Shown here: piece by piece, positions 42,491 through 54,140 of the stretch
How positions within the stretch are numbered: the first letter of the stretch is position 1
Layout of the letters: each line of letters begins with the position of its first letter
DNA from: the human T2T-CHM13v2.0 reference genome, Homo sapiens
Strand: one strand, 5' to 3'
Assembly: GCF_009914755.1 (NCBI RefSeq)
Contig: NC_060933.1
DNA: 64,000 nucleotides
The notes under the pieces: model-generated
What the model saw: only the letters and a program-made list of their open reading frames with translations
Database searches by the model: none
Told to the model about the DNA's origin: nothing
Program-made: the position numbers and the translations under genes

Positions 42491-45400
42491 TTCTGACAAG
42501 CCTCTTGCAGGATTCTTGGTTGCCCTGTTTGGTCTTCCTCAGCTCTGAGAGGTCCCATGTAGGTGGATCCTACACGTTAAATGAGCCTCTGCCTTCCAAG
42601 AGGTATGACAAGGAATTCATTAATTACCTGTAAGGAAGGCTCACCTGGCTGTCCTCTCCTCCTCCCCCTCCCTTCTTCTTTCCACCTTCCTCCCGTCCTC
42701 TCCTCTCCATAAGGAAATCAGGTTTAATTCCTAATCCTATCATTCATAAGGATGCCCTGTATTTACACAGCACTTTAAGAGGTCTTCTGCCCTGTAGGGT
42801 AGGTAGGCAGTGAAAGGGCTGCTCTATGGCCAGGAAAACTGAGGCACACAGTCAAAGGCATGGAGCTGGGGCCTATGCAGAAGCCAGGCATTGGAACCAG
42901 ATCCCCTCTCAACTGCAGCATTGTACTTGAGCCCCATGGGCACCTTTGGGGGCAGGGCTGACCGGCCCAGGAGCACATGATTCTGAGTCTCATCTCTAGA
43001 GAGGAAGGGGAGAGCCACAGAATACGACCTGGACGTATAGAAGAATCAATTTATTTTTTGCTTTCTCATTTTTATTACTCTCCTTTAGATCTGGAGCTCC
43101 CTTGTGTACCTTCCCAAGATCTGAGCTGGGCAATGTTTTTAGGAACGGTGGAAATTAGCTAGTGAGAATGGGATCAGCAAGGCTGGGGTTTCAAAGGCTG
43201 GAGAAGCCTTTCTTTGCACAAGCATATGTTTGTCTGTGTACGTCTTTTGTATGTGTTGCAAGTGTGCACCTGTCCTCATGAAGATGTGTGTACATTATAT
43301 GTTAATGTCCTTATACATGTCTGTGCATTTAATTGAGTTAATACAGGTGAAGTATTTGGAACAGTGCCTGGTACATCATATGGGGTGAGACTGTATAAAG
43401 TTGCTGTTTTGGGAGGCCAAATACAGGCAATTGCATATGATTCAATCTATGTGTTCAGGTTAAGTGTTGGCTACTATTGTTATTATCGTGTGTTTTCTTC
43501 TTGGGTATGCATCTGCCAGTTGTTTGTACATGTCTGTGTACGTATACCCTGTTGTGCCCATGTGTATAGTGTGTTCTGTGAGCACTCACGTGCATACTTG
43601 TGTGCATGTGTGCACTTTCTGTCTGGGTGCATGGACACTGAGCTGGCCGGTGTGTGAATAAGCTCCCCACCTTCTTGGGGAGAACTTCCCAGAGAGCAAC
43701 TCTTTGCCTCCCCTCTCACCTTCGGTTACCAGGCAGAGCCCAGGCCCAGGTGCCAGGCCTGACAGGTGCCATGGGACTGCTTTCATTCTCCTCCAGGTAG
43801 CCCTGCCTATTTCCAGGCCCCATATTAGAATATGCAAATCGACTCTTTAATGGAATTCCTTTGCAAAATATTACTTGAACCAGTAAGTTAATTACCAGGC
43901 TCTAATTAATGGCTATTTTAGAAGGCCACAGAACAAAACTGGAGGAGATCATAAGAGACCAAAAAGGCAAGAGGGAAAAGCATCCAGCTCCCCCAGTCGG
44001 CTTGGTGACTCCTTCCAGGGTGGCAGGGTGTGCTTAGCTTCTCTCTGCTCTGAGCTGCCAGTCCGCTCCCTTGTGATGATTGGCTGTAGGTGAGTGAATG
44101 CTCCCCTTGCACGAAGAACCTCTGGTGGTTCTAGTCTCTTGGCCATCAGTGCATCCATCTGCGAGGTGTGTCCAGGGCAGCATCTGCCTGGGGATGGGGT
44201 GAGAATGTGTGGATAGCAAGCCTGGGCTGAGGTGGGGCTGCACCAACCTCAGAGCAGCCGGGTGACATGCCCAAGGCTTGGGCTGTGGGAGGGACAGTCA
44301 CTGGCCACTCTGTTTTCCCACCCCTCCAGGGGCCTGTGGGCTATCGCTGCAGGGAAGCCACCCCCCAGTCAGAGCCTGGGAGCCTGAGGCAGCTTCTCAC
44401 AGCCAACTCTCCACCAAGGGCCCAACTCCCTCCCCTCCACTTCTCTCTGAGTTCGCGGTGGAGTCACCTGTGGCCCATGTGTGATGTGAGAGCTTGCTTG
44501 CACACCCCTTCCTTGGGCTCTTGGTCAGGCCCTGCCTCTGTGTGACTATGGGCAAGCCGTGGTTCCTCTCTGCCCCTCCTTCCACTCATCCATCAAGAGG
44601 AGTGATTGTACCTGCCCACCTACCTCAAAGGGCTGGCTGGAAACTCGCAGGAGATTTTAGTGATGGAAATGATAGGGGAGTTTCCCCTCCCAGCTGGGGC
44701 ATGCCTGTGTTACCATCCCCTCCTGAGATAGAGGTCGTCTCTGTCCTCTGTGAGCATGTGGCTGTCCTCCCTTGTGTATACAGGCCATGCCACCTACCAC
44801 CTGGGCATGCACACATGCACGTCCTTGTGGAAGCCACCAGCGTGCAGCAGATATCCCCTCTGGGCCACAGGGGCGATGGGGTGAAAACCTACGGGAGGGA
44901 GAGGGAAACAGGGTCCATCCCCACCCACAAAGGTTCCTGGCACCCTGCCTGAGAATTGGGGGAGGGGTAAGAAGTGATCCCAAGGCTGGAGGTCAGGCCC
45001 CATCTTGAGGGTTGCCCAAGGAGTAAGACCTCCCTTCCTCCCCTCCCTGTGTTGGCTTAGGAGGCCTGCGTTCTGCAGACCCCTAGGGTTATCCCCTTGT
45101 AGACCTCAGCTGATGACAGTGCCTTGGCGGTGGGCTGCTTGGAGGCACTAACAGAGCACTTTGCGCCCTGTGCCAGAGGCATTTAGAGTTGGCCTGTGAA
45201 TAACTGAGTGTGCTTAAATTTTTTAAGAGGGATGGACTGACTGGTGGGCAGCCTGAGACTGTACTTTTTAGAGGTTGCGCAAAAGGCAGCCTGAGAAGGT
45301 TTTTGCCACCTCCACCCTTCTGCCGCCCCCCTCAGTTTTCCCATCTCTCAGGTGGGGCTAGTGGTACATTACTGCATCAGATGCTCTGCCGAGTGAGTTA

Positions 45401-47384
45401 CTCCTTAGCACAATGAGATCCCACCTCCACTTTTCAGTGGGCAGCCCCCACGGGGGACCAGAGCAGCCCTTCTCCCTACTGTCCCAGTTAACCATCACCT
45501 CCTGCCTGTCGCCCTAACTTTTCTGGAACAAGCAGGGCCCTTGTTTTCAGGCTGGGCCTGATTGTAAAAGAGTGCACTGGGGAGAGATAGAGATGGCACC
45601 AGGGTAGCATGGGCCCTAATTTGATGCGACGTTGTCATGGGAAGTTTTCATACCAAGGGCAGTGAATTAGTGTAGTGTCTCCCTGTGCCCAATGACTAAG
45701 GGGAAGTTAATTTCATGCTCTGCCTTTTTGACATTCATAATCAGAACGTTGTATTGCAGCTGCAGATTGTTAGCAGGTGAAGGATGTGTGAGCCTCAACA
45801 ATTACTGTTTCTGGCTTGGGAGGAGATTGATTAATAGATTGTTCCCAGCCCCACCCCCTCTGCTTCTTACTCCCGTTTGTGCTTTCTTTCCCTCTTTCCA
45901 ACTTCACCACATTTCGTCAGGAAACTAAGTGGCTATGACTAAATCCCTACTCTTGTACTAGAAACCCAGGGCAGAGGAGGACCTGTATGAGGAGGAATTG
46001 CCTAGGACACCTGATAAAATGCAGATTCTTGGACTCCACCCCAGACCTTCTGAATTATACCCTCTGGGTGGGGTGGTCTTGCTTCCCCAAAGTTTGCTCC
46101 TTTTGCAGAGGGGCAGGCATTGTGCCCCAGCTGTGTGCTAGTGACTTGCCTAAGCACTTCCTGTGCTGTATTCTTACTGATTTCTCATAGCAAGAGGGCT
46201 TTTTGTTTCCCATTTCACAGGTGTAGAAACTGAAACCCGATGTGTGAGTGGCCCAAAGTCACACACTGGAGGAAACCCAGTAACCAGGCAAGTCCATTCC
46301 CTGGTTGATGTCAAGATCCCACCAGTAGCATGTCATGTCCTTTCTCATTAAGGCTGTGATGCCTTTTGAAATAAACCCTCTCCCTCCTCAGAGAAGTAGC
46401 AGTAGCCCCCTTCTGTGCTTGCACTAGGCTCCCATTGTGAAAAGCTCCTGCACACCAGTGCCCTGGGTCTCCTGAGGGTGCTTGGAACAGTCAGGGCATT
46501 CATGACTGATCTGCATTTTGCAGCTGTGGTGGGTGACGCTCAGAGAGGTGAAGGGGCAGAGGCAAGGGGAGCTGGAACTTGTCTCCTAACTCCAGGTCCA
46601 GTGCTCAGCCCACCTGTGCCACCAAGGCCTGCTCTTCTCACTGACTTCCTGGTTGCAGGTGGGGAAACTGAGGTTCAGGGAAGTGTACCCATTTACTTAG
46701 GATTGAGCGAGCAGCAGTAATGCAATTCAAGGTCCGCCAAGTCAAATTCCACAGGACAGGACTAGTCAGCATTTTAGGAGTGGATCTTGTACCCTTGGCT
46801 CCCGCCTGAGAATGGAAGTCTTCCAGACCCCTTGGAAGGTCTCGGCTCAGGGAAGAGAATGACTGTCTTTGGAGAGACTAGGCCAGGTGGGGTGGGCTGC
46901 ACTCCCAACTAAGGAGGCCAGGCACCTGCTAGGGTAGTGGGAGGTGATGGGGGATCTGCGCCTGTGAGGTGGGCAGCTGGAATCTGAACCTAGGGCTGCC
47001 TTACTCTAAAACCCCGTCCCCCACACCGCCAGTTGCCATGGAGGTTAATAGCAGGCGTTCCTGAGTCAGTCTCCCAGAGCTGGTCCAAGGCCCAGCTCCA
47101 CCAACTGCTTCCCTCTGAGCTTGAGATTCTCTATTTCAGTAAAGCAAAAACAAAAACAGAAACTAGTGTCTCGGGGCCCAGGATTCCTGGCACAGGGCTG
47201 GCCCAGTCTTTCCTGGGCTTTGGTTTACTGCATTCAGGTCATGAAGCCCCTGGAGCTGCTGGAGAATGGAGCCATCGTAGCGGGGCGGGGGACGGAGATG
47301 CCTTTCATCCTGCTCTGTTCATGGCAAGCTGCTTCTGATGCTGTGATAGCCCCACCCACTGCCCCACCCACTGCCCGTGAGTGG

Positions 47385-48240
47385 CCACTCAGGATGGGCC
47401 AGGCTCTGTGCCTGGTGCTTTCTCGTGCATTTGCTCAGCTCATTCTTACTATAGCCCTTTGAAGGATACGTGCTATTACTGTCCCCATTTTACAGAGAAG
47501 AAAATTGAGTCACAGAGAGACTGAGCAGCTTGTTGAAGTCCTACAGCTCATAAGTGGCAGAGCTGGGTTTCAAACCCAGGCGGTTGGCTTTATTATGTAA
47601 GGCCCCCTGTCAAGCACCGTTCTACATAGCCTGTGCTCATGTGCTCTGTTTCACATTACATGTTCTGTCAGTGATCACACTGATAAACCACCTGGTCACT
47701 TAAGAAGCACCCGTGTGGCAGGCATTATGCATGGTATGTGCATCATCTCTGATTTTCTTGACTACCCTCATTTTATCCTTCCCCCATTTTACAGGTGAGG
47801 AAACTGGCCTTAGAGTATAAAATCACATAGCCAGGATTAGCCTCAGGTTACCTTTAGAATCTAGATCTCTTTGTATCCACAGCCAGGGCCCTCTCTAGTA
47901 TATTAGCTGACATGGCTGGGCACATCCTATGCGCCAGGCCCTGCTCTCTACACTTCACTGAGCTGAACTCACTTCACCCTCACAGCAGCCCGTGAGATAT
48001 ATACTGTTGCAGTCCCTGGTTCACAGCCAAGGAAGCGTGAGTTGCATGGCCAGAAATGGCAGAGCTGGGATTAAACCCAAGCCGTCTGGCTCCCACATCA
48101 GTGTTTTTAACCACCCCACAGTACTGCCCTCTCCCTATCTTACAGGTGAGGAATTTGAGGTTCCAAGAGGTAAAAGTCACTTGCCCTGAGTCGGACAGCA
48201 GGTGAGTGGCATAGACAGGATTTGCATCCAGGTCTTTCTA
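47385..48240 (-). mobile_element. Array of about four same-orientation MIR fragments
   Basis: Repeated ccccattttacag(a/g)...gaaa(c/t)tg, ggcagagctggg(t/a)tt...aaaccca motifs near 47485, 47785, 48060 and 48140. Confidence 0.75.
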
Positions 48241-51200
48241 GAATGTTTTTCTGTCTCCCAGGTGAGAGAATGTGGCTGCTGCCAGGCGGTTTGGAAGTAT
48301 GTCCCAAGGGCACCCGGGGCTCTGCTGGGGGCTGCTGTGGGTGCCCAAGTCCTGAGGTGGTAGGGGTGGCAGTGGAGGCAGGCCTTAAGAAAGAGTCATC
48401 AGGATGTGAGGGCAGGCTCGGCTCAGTGACTGCCCCTCCTATTTGCAACTTATCACTTATTCTCAAGCGTCTTTTTCTGTGGCTCCCCCAGGGTTCTGGG
48501 CTCCCACACCTCTTTTCACCTGGGCAGAGCTGATGAGCTGTGGCTGCGTTTGGATCTGTTGACTTATAATGCTGGGTGAGGTGGGGCAGGTACAAGAAGG
48601 GGTCGTGGCTAGGCTAAGTGGCCTTCCATAGCACTTCCCTTCCTCCAAGGTCAGAAGAACATAGAGGTGACTTCCATCACTACCCAGGAGGGTGAAGGCA
48701 AACAGGGTGATGATGATGGTGGCCAGGGACTCCCCCACCAGCCTCTGCTCAGGATCTGTGGGAAGATGGGTGAAGCTGGCGCTGAAATCCCCAGCCACCC
48801 CAGGCAGTACTACAGCAGACTCACCAAGGGAGTTGCCTATTGTGCTGCAGGCCACACTGCCCTGGTGTCACCACCTTCTGTGGACTGGATGTGACGTAGG
48901 GAAGTGGTAGTGCCAGGGCCAGATGTTCTGCCCGGAGCCCATCCAGCCTGCCTGAGGTGGTCTTGCTCAGTTGCCCTAGGATCATAAAGTCCACGAATTT
49001 GATGGTTGTTTATGAGGATAGTGAAAACCTATTCCAGAGAGTTTCAGAATTAAGGAAAAATGGAGCTGGCAGAGAACTTAGTCTTAGAGTCTGTACAAGC
49101 CAGGGGTGCACTTGAAAGGCCTTGTTGTCTTTCGTACCTCTGCTGCTTATTGTTCAGAGCACCCATAGGAGTGTTTTCCCGAACTGGGTTCCATGGAACA
49201 CATTCTTAAAGATGTTAATGGGCGTTTGCGATGAGAGAATTCCATAGTCCAAACAGGACTGGGGAGCAGTCTGTCCAGAGTTTCTCAAACTCAGTGTCAG
49301 AGGTTCTTGGAGGTGAGACTTGATGTTTTACTCCAGTGGGGTGATTGTGTGCTCAAATACATTTTACATCCTCAAATTTTGCTTCCTCATTCTTGGGAAA
49401 TCATTTGTGACCCAGGAGATGAAAGGCCCTGAGAGGTCCTGCAATGAAGAAGTCAGTTTTGCTTTGTTTAATCCAGGGTTTCCTGTCCCCCAACCCCAGG
49501 AGCAGCTGTTAACATCTGTGGAGCAGTTGTATTTTGCAGAACATTATTTGGTAAACATTCTTTTGAGGTGTTATGTCTCCTCAGAAGCATGTTTTGGAGG
49601 AAACTCTGGAAGTGTTCCCTGCCCTTAGTACCTGCAGGAGTAAGCCTTGAATGATGGCATTGCTGGCTCAGCAACAGGTAGTGGGTCATATGTATTTGAA
49701 AAAAGTCATCCTAGGTCCTCAATATCATTCCTCAAAGCAGCTACCAGCTCTCCTGTGTGTGGGATGGGGCCTGGCTCTGGTCAGAGAGCCCTCTGTGGGG
49801 AGGTGGTTTGTCTGGGACCAGCCTAGGCCTAGGGTGTAGGGGTTTATTCCCCTTTTTGCAGGCTGGGTGGCGTCCATGTACCTGGCAGCTTGGGCTCTGG
49901 GCCTCCCCATCCCCCTCTAGACTCCCTCTGCAGAAGGCAGTGGTCAGGCAGAGGCTGCCCACAGATTTGCATAATTGCACCGTCTCCTGAATAATTAATA
50001 AAGCTCTGTCCTTGCTGGGAGCAAAGTCTGCACCGTTATGGATGGGTTTGCCATGGATAGGTTTGCCGGAGCTCTTCCAGGGGAGCCGATGGTTCCTGGA
50101 CTCCTCTGCTTTTCCTGGCATGGAGCCCCCAGAGAGAGGAGAGGGCACTGGGTTGGGGGCTGGCTCTGGTGTGTCCACATGGCTCCCATAGCATGATAAA
50201 GGGCAGGTGAGGGGTAGTGTGTGCTTTCTTCCAGGATCCACACATGGGTTTTCTAGCACACAGATGGTTTAGGATTCTTATTCTTCTTGCTTTCTGTGGT
50301 CCCACTAACCCTTTTTCTCTGAAGTGTGATCAGCTGTTGTGGGGCTTAGCCCTCTTTTCTGGCAGCCCAAAGGGAGCAATGCTTATGCAGCAGGTAAGAG
50401 CAATGAGGGCCAGTTTTCAGACAAGTAGGGGAGGGGGAGGTGTTTCTGCTTGGGGCCCTTCTTCAATCCCTCCCAGTTTCTGGGCTTGTTAAAGTTGGAG
50501 GTAGCCTGGGAGTGATTCCTATTTGAGATTTCTAAATCCCTTTTGATGGTGTTTCATTGACGTGAATTTTCCCTCTGACGCATGGCCTTGTCTCCCTTTC
50601 ATGCTAGAAAGGAGAGTAAGGGGTGGGCCTGCCCCCAACATGTGGTTGACATTGGGGAAAGTCCTAGAGTCTCGCCACGCCATGAGTACTCTTGAAAGGC
50701 CTTGCTCCAAACCTTCTGTAGGAGTATTTCTTAAATGGGTTCTACTGAACATATTCTTACAGATGTTAATGGGTACTTGGGATGAGGGAATTCCACAGTC
50801 CAAACAGGTCCAGTGAACCAAGTCAGTCAGTTTCTTTAATGCATGGCTCCTTAGAGGCTTTAATGTGCCAGCGTGTGTCTGAGCCCCTGGGAGGGCGTAC
50901 AGGATGCTCTGCTTCCCATCCACACCGGCACTCCAGAGTGTTGGCACATCTCCAGCAATGGGGAGCTCTTTCCACCTGGAGCGGCCCCTGCCCTTGGAGG
51001 ACAGTGCCAACTCTTGTAAACTTCCCCCTTTGTGGAGCTTCCCCAGGCAGCATTTATGTGGCACCTTGTCATTCCCCACATGGCCCTCACACCAGCTAGG
51101 AAGGTGGCAGGGCAGGGATTATTCCATTTTATAGATAAGGTAACTGAGGCCCAGAGCGGGTAATTGTCTCACCCAGGGGCACATAGAGTTGATATTTAAA

Positions 51201-53315
51201 CCCACGTCTGCCAGCTGGGCCTTCAGCTCTTTCCTCTTGGCCACCAAGAAACCATTTGCTCCCTGGATAGATGTCAGTATGTTGGCTGGGGTGGGGCCTT
51301 AGGACCTGTTGCTCTGACAGTGCCCTTCCCAGCTTGCTTGGAGTGTCTAGAGGGTGGAGGCAGGAGTGAGTGAAAGCCTTCCTTCAGGGTTTCCAAGCTG
51401 TGGGGCCTGGCTTTGGAGCCATTTGTAGACAGGGGCCTAAAACCGCCAGATGCCTGCTTATCACACCATTCCCGACTCTCACCCTTTTCCTTCTCCTGCC
51501 CTCTTGTTGTAGGGTGGGAATGTTTGAGGTGCCCCAGAAACTGGGTATGCACTCAACTTTGGCCAGTAGTGGTGGTGCAGGGGTGAAGGAGCAGGGCAGG
51601 GGGTTCCAGCTGGCTTGTCTTTCTCCAGGCCTTCCTGAGAGTTACTGGACAAGCTTGGTGGATGGCCAGGGGAGCCTGGGGTGAATTTGTTCACAGCAGC
51701 TGGGCTTAGAGGCTGCACCGGGGCTGAGATGTGACTTCAGGACTCAGGCCAACTGTTTTATATCTCAAAAATCTTGGGTTATACCATACACCATGAAAGG
51801 TACTGCATTGCCACACCTGACACTTCCATTCTGGTCCCAAAGCAAGCCACACGGGGGCTCTCTGATGAACAGAATCCTGCTCTGCTGACACATGGACCCA
51901 GATCCAGATCCGACGCCCTGACTTCCTCCATGATCTGGGACAAGTCACCTAATCTCTGAACCTCTGTCTCCTCATTTTTAAATGGGCACCATGATTGTGG
52001 TGCCTACCTCCCAGGGTTTTGAGGTCTACATGGGATCATGTTACATGGTAATTTGATCATATTCTGTCATCACACACATGTACTCACATTCTCACACACC
52101 ATGCTTTTGCTTTTTTGTTTGAGATCCCACAACCTGCCAGCACATCCAACCCAGTCTTCCCAGGGTCCACCTCATCATATATATAGCAAGAGATGGCCCA
52201 AGACACATGAAGTGATGTTTGTGCTGACATTTCTCCCACTTAGAAAATCAATATTCTGTGGTCTGCCTAATTGCTCTGTTGCTGCTAAATGAGTCATTAT
52301 GGAGGGAAAATAGCAAATGCATTGTGAGATTAATGGGAGAAAATGGTTGGCAAATGACTTTGGTTTGCTTCGGAAACTCTGAGAAGGTGTTACTACGTGA
52401 AATCTGCAGAGCCATGCAAGGCCGAGTCCTGAGCAGCAGGGAGACAGGCAGGCAGCTATTGGCGCTGTGAGCCTCCCTTTTAGGGCGGGGCACCGATTCA
52501 AATATTATAGAGGCTGGACTCAGGAGTTACTGAGTGATGAAGTCAGGAGCCAACAATGGGACAGGTGCTCTGACAACCTGGTCTCAAAGAAGAGGATACT
52601 CTTCAGTTAGAGCCAGTTACATGCCAGGCATGGTGCTAAGCTGAGGGATGTAATGGTGAGCAAAACCAGCCCCAGCTCCTCCCCTAGTGGAGGACACAGG
52701 CTGAAGTGCAATTGTCCTACAGGTGACTGTGTAATTGCAATTAAGGCATGTGTCCTGAAGGCAGTGAGAGCCCAGATCTGAAGGGTTTCATCTGGTGGGG
52801 GTGGTGGGGAGGGCCTCCCCGATGACAAAAGGAGTAAGCTGAGCTCTCAGGGAAGAACCTTCTGGGCAGTGGGAGAACTCGTGCAGTCCTGTTGGGTCTT
52901 ATAGGAGGGGCTGCCACGGGACTTGTATGGCCTTAACCCTCCAGCCATCCTAAGAAGTGGATATTTCTCGTTTCACAAGCGAGGAAACCAGGACTGAAGG
53001 TGGTTAAGAGACTTGCCAGAGGTCATAGAACCCTTAAATGGCAGAGTCCAGATTTGAACATGGGGAACCCATGCCAAGGGGCATGCCCCGTTGCTCCAGG
53101 GAGCTGGCCTTGGCACTTGCTGCCCTGAGGGTGTCTCTTTAGCTAGGGTTAAGGACCTTGCTCCTGCAGGGCAGGGGGCTTCATGGTGGTTGCCTGAGAG
53201 TCTTTAGAGAGAGGGTTATAGGACTCTAGAAAGGGGGAACCCTCAACAGCCACAGCCAGGCCTCTTTGCTTTCTTGGGTCTTTGCTTCCTTTTAATGACA
53301 GCGTGACTTGGGTAG

Positions 53316-53641
<326 letters not shown>

Positions 53642-54009
53642 ATGACTTGGGTAGTTTTCTGATGATCAAAATGCCAGGTCAACTAGTGACTCCTCTTTCA
53701 AAAGGCTCTGTAAATAACACACTTCTCTCCCCATGAAATGGGTTGGTTTATTCCCTGCCTCTAATCCCAGCTGGACTGTCATCAGGTAGGGCCTATCAGT
53801 TGTCTGCAGAGGTGGGTGGAGGTATGGTCACCTGAAGGTGCTTCTAAGGAAGGTGCTTGTGAGTTCTTGTAAACTTCCCAAGGTTTCAGGAGTGGCAGCA
53901 GCAGATAAGGAGAGTCCAGGCATTTCCTGTGGGCATTATGAAGGAGCACCAGAGGCATCCCACTTTGTCTTGGTGCCTGGTTGTAGCTGAGCATCATAGT
54001 GCCATGAGA

Positions 54010-54140
54010 ACCTGGTAAAAAGATTCTGGAGCCCCACCCTGGGAGGGTCAGGGTCACAGGTCTAAGGGGGGCTCTGGAATCTGTATTCCTGACAAGCCCC
54101 AGGTGATTCTGAGACCCACTCAAGTGTTGAGATCCCCAGT
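54010..54140. mobile_element. MER5A-like relic (others near 18260-18390 and 45990-46070)
   Basis: ggaatctgtattcctgacaagccccaggtgattctga motif. Confidence 0.6.

Noticed and set aside
50038-50067. 15-bp imperfect tandem (also 9-12-bp tandems near 13409 and 47351)
   Set aside because: Ordinary slippage products with no further structure.
50366-50393. 28-nt micro-exon candidate (ttttctggcag|...cag|gtaaga)
   Set aside because: Frameshifting and very short, with no other support; such pairs are expected by chance in 60 kb.
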